From NCBI RefSeq assembly GCF_001194135.2, contig NC_068990.1, forward strand, positions 45,209,915-45,273,914: a stretch of DNA of 64,000 bases, written 5' to 3'. Below are positions 62,801 through 64,000 of the stretch, in pieces. The stretch comes from Octopus bimaculoides. Lineage: Eukaryota. Below the pieces are notes generated by a model. That model was not told where the DNA came from and did not search any database. It saw only the letters and a list, made by a program, of their open reading frames with translations. Position numbers and translations under genes: made by a program. The stretch's first letter is position 1. Each line of letters begins with the position of its first letter.

Positions 62801-64000
62801 CTAACTTATAGCCATTTTGGAAACGTGACTTGTTGAAAGGTTTTCCCTAAAACTGTATCTGCCCTTGCAGTCATTGAAAAAAAATTGATTATGCAAATTA
62901 TTGAACATTTTGTATCTTGAATAAAAAGAAAGACCTGCAAGAGTGCCTGAAATACTTTATAACAGTTATTGAGAAGCTCATGAATTAACAATTTTTGTGT
63001 CTGAGGCATTGGTTATTCAGTGAAATTATGAAACAAAAGTTTGGACAACGAATGTTAGCAATTTACAAGTAATTATTCTTTAGTTCTTCCTTATTCATTT
63101 CATCCTGTTAACTTCAGTTCACTTGATTAACAGTACTGTCCTGTTTTGGTAGATGGCTTAAATGTTTGTGATGTATACTTTCAACTTTTAGTTTACAGTT
63201 AAAATTTAAAAACAAAAAGAAAAAAATTTTGCCCACAATTTTGAATTTATTCTAAATTACGTTTAATGAAAAGGAAATGGGGCTAGTGTTTCTGTTATAA
63301 GATTACTGAAATTAAATCAGAAATAGCCAATAATCTAGATAATGTATATATCTTACTTAATATTACACTAAATATTATTTCATATAATATTTGTCTGATG
63401 TTATCATCTCTAATTGATGAGTACCACCAATTCCTTACATGCAAATTGATTATGATTTCTTGTTGAAGCTAATTCCTTTCATCGTACATTGCTAAACCCT
63501 TGAAAAATAGTTATGAACATCATACTGTCTTGTTCTACTTCTCCTTTTCTCTCTAAGAAAAAAATTAATTTATGATGTTAATTGATAATTGTTTTGTTAG
63601 ATAGTTCTTGGTTACTTCCTAAAATTATGGTTTCAAATTGCCATGCAGTCCCACTAATGCAGATTCACTACTTTCTAATGTGTCATATAATTCAGTTTGC
63701 TGTGAGTGTTACTAGAAAATATCTTCACCAAATTTGCTTGTTGTCACTATGTTTGATTATTGCCATTAATATGTTTGCTTGTTGCTTTCATATATTTGCT
63801 TATTTGTCTTATTCTTATATATCAGTTTAAAGTGCCTAAGTATGTCCCCTAGAAGTGCATAATTATCATCCTCAGTATACTGTCATTTCTGCAACATTGT
63901 GTTGAGTCTTGTGGAATGGTAGTCAGCCAAATTGTCTGAGATAAATCTAGAGAATAGTTAATACATCATACTTAAAAGCTTTCTAGACCTATCCTTTGTG

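Noticed and set aside
58215-64000. Convergent neighbour gene (PKD1 lies tail-to-tail with TSC2 in vertebrates)
   Set aside because: No recognisable minus-strand coding exon in this stretch.

Overview
AT-rich animal genomic DNA (not prokaryotic; no operons, rRNA, real tRNA genes or CRISPR seen). The repeat landscape looks like an octopod cephalopod, which is my inference from recalled repeat families. The + strand carries the 3' ~85% of a tuberin (TSC2) gene. I traced 29 GT-AG coding exons from 295 to the stop at 58214. They join into one open frame of 4714 nt (1 leftover nt plus 1570 codons plus stop). It covers the HEAT-like N-terminal region, the central/dimerisation region and the Rap/Ran-GAP domain with the KKRHIGND Asn-thumb motif. 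The start codon lies upstream of the window. Introns are packed with tRNA-type SINEs, RTE LINE fragments with (GAT)n tails, R4/Dong-like LINE remnants, Tc1/mariner, pogo-like, hAT and TTAA MITEs, and Helitron/Helentron pieces, several nested with readable target-site duplications. Best leads: (1) a 301-bp near-perfect intronic palindrome whose arms each carry a minimal hammerhead-ribozyme-like motif; (2) a frame-preserving 27-nt microexon candidate inside the GAP domain; (3) a CxxC...CxC cysteine pair absent from human TSC2 as I recall it; (4) a transposon-free 5.8-kb tract after the stop, possibly a long 3' UTR. Most ORFs in the supplied track are spurious. Comparisons with human TSC2 are from memory, not from an alignment.
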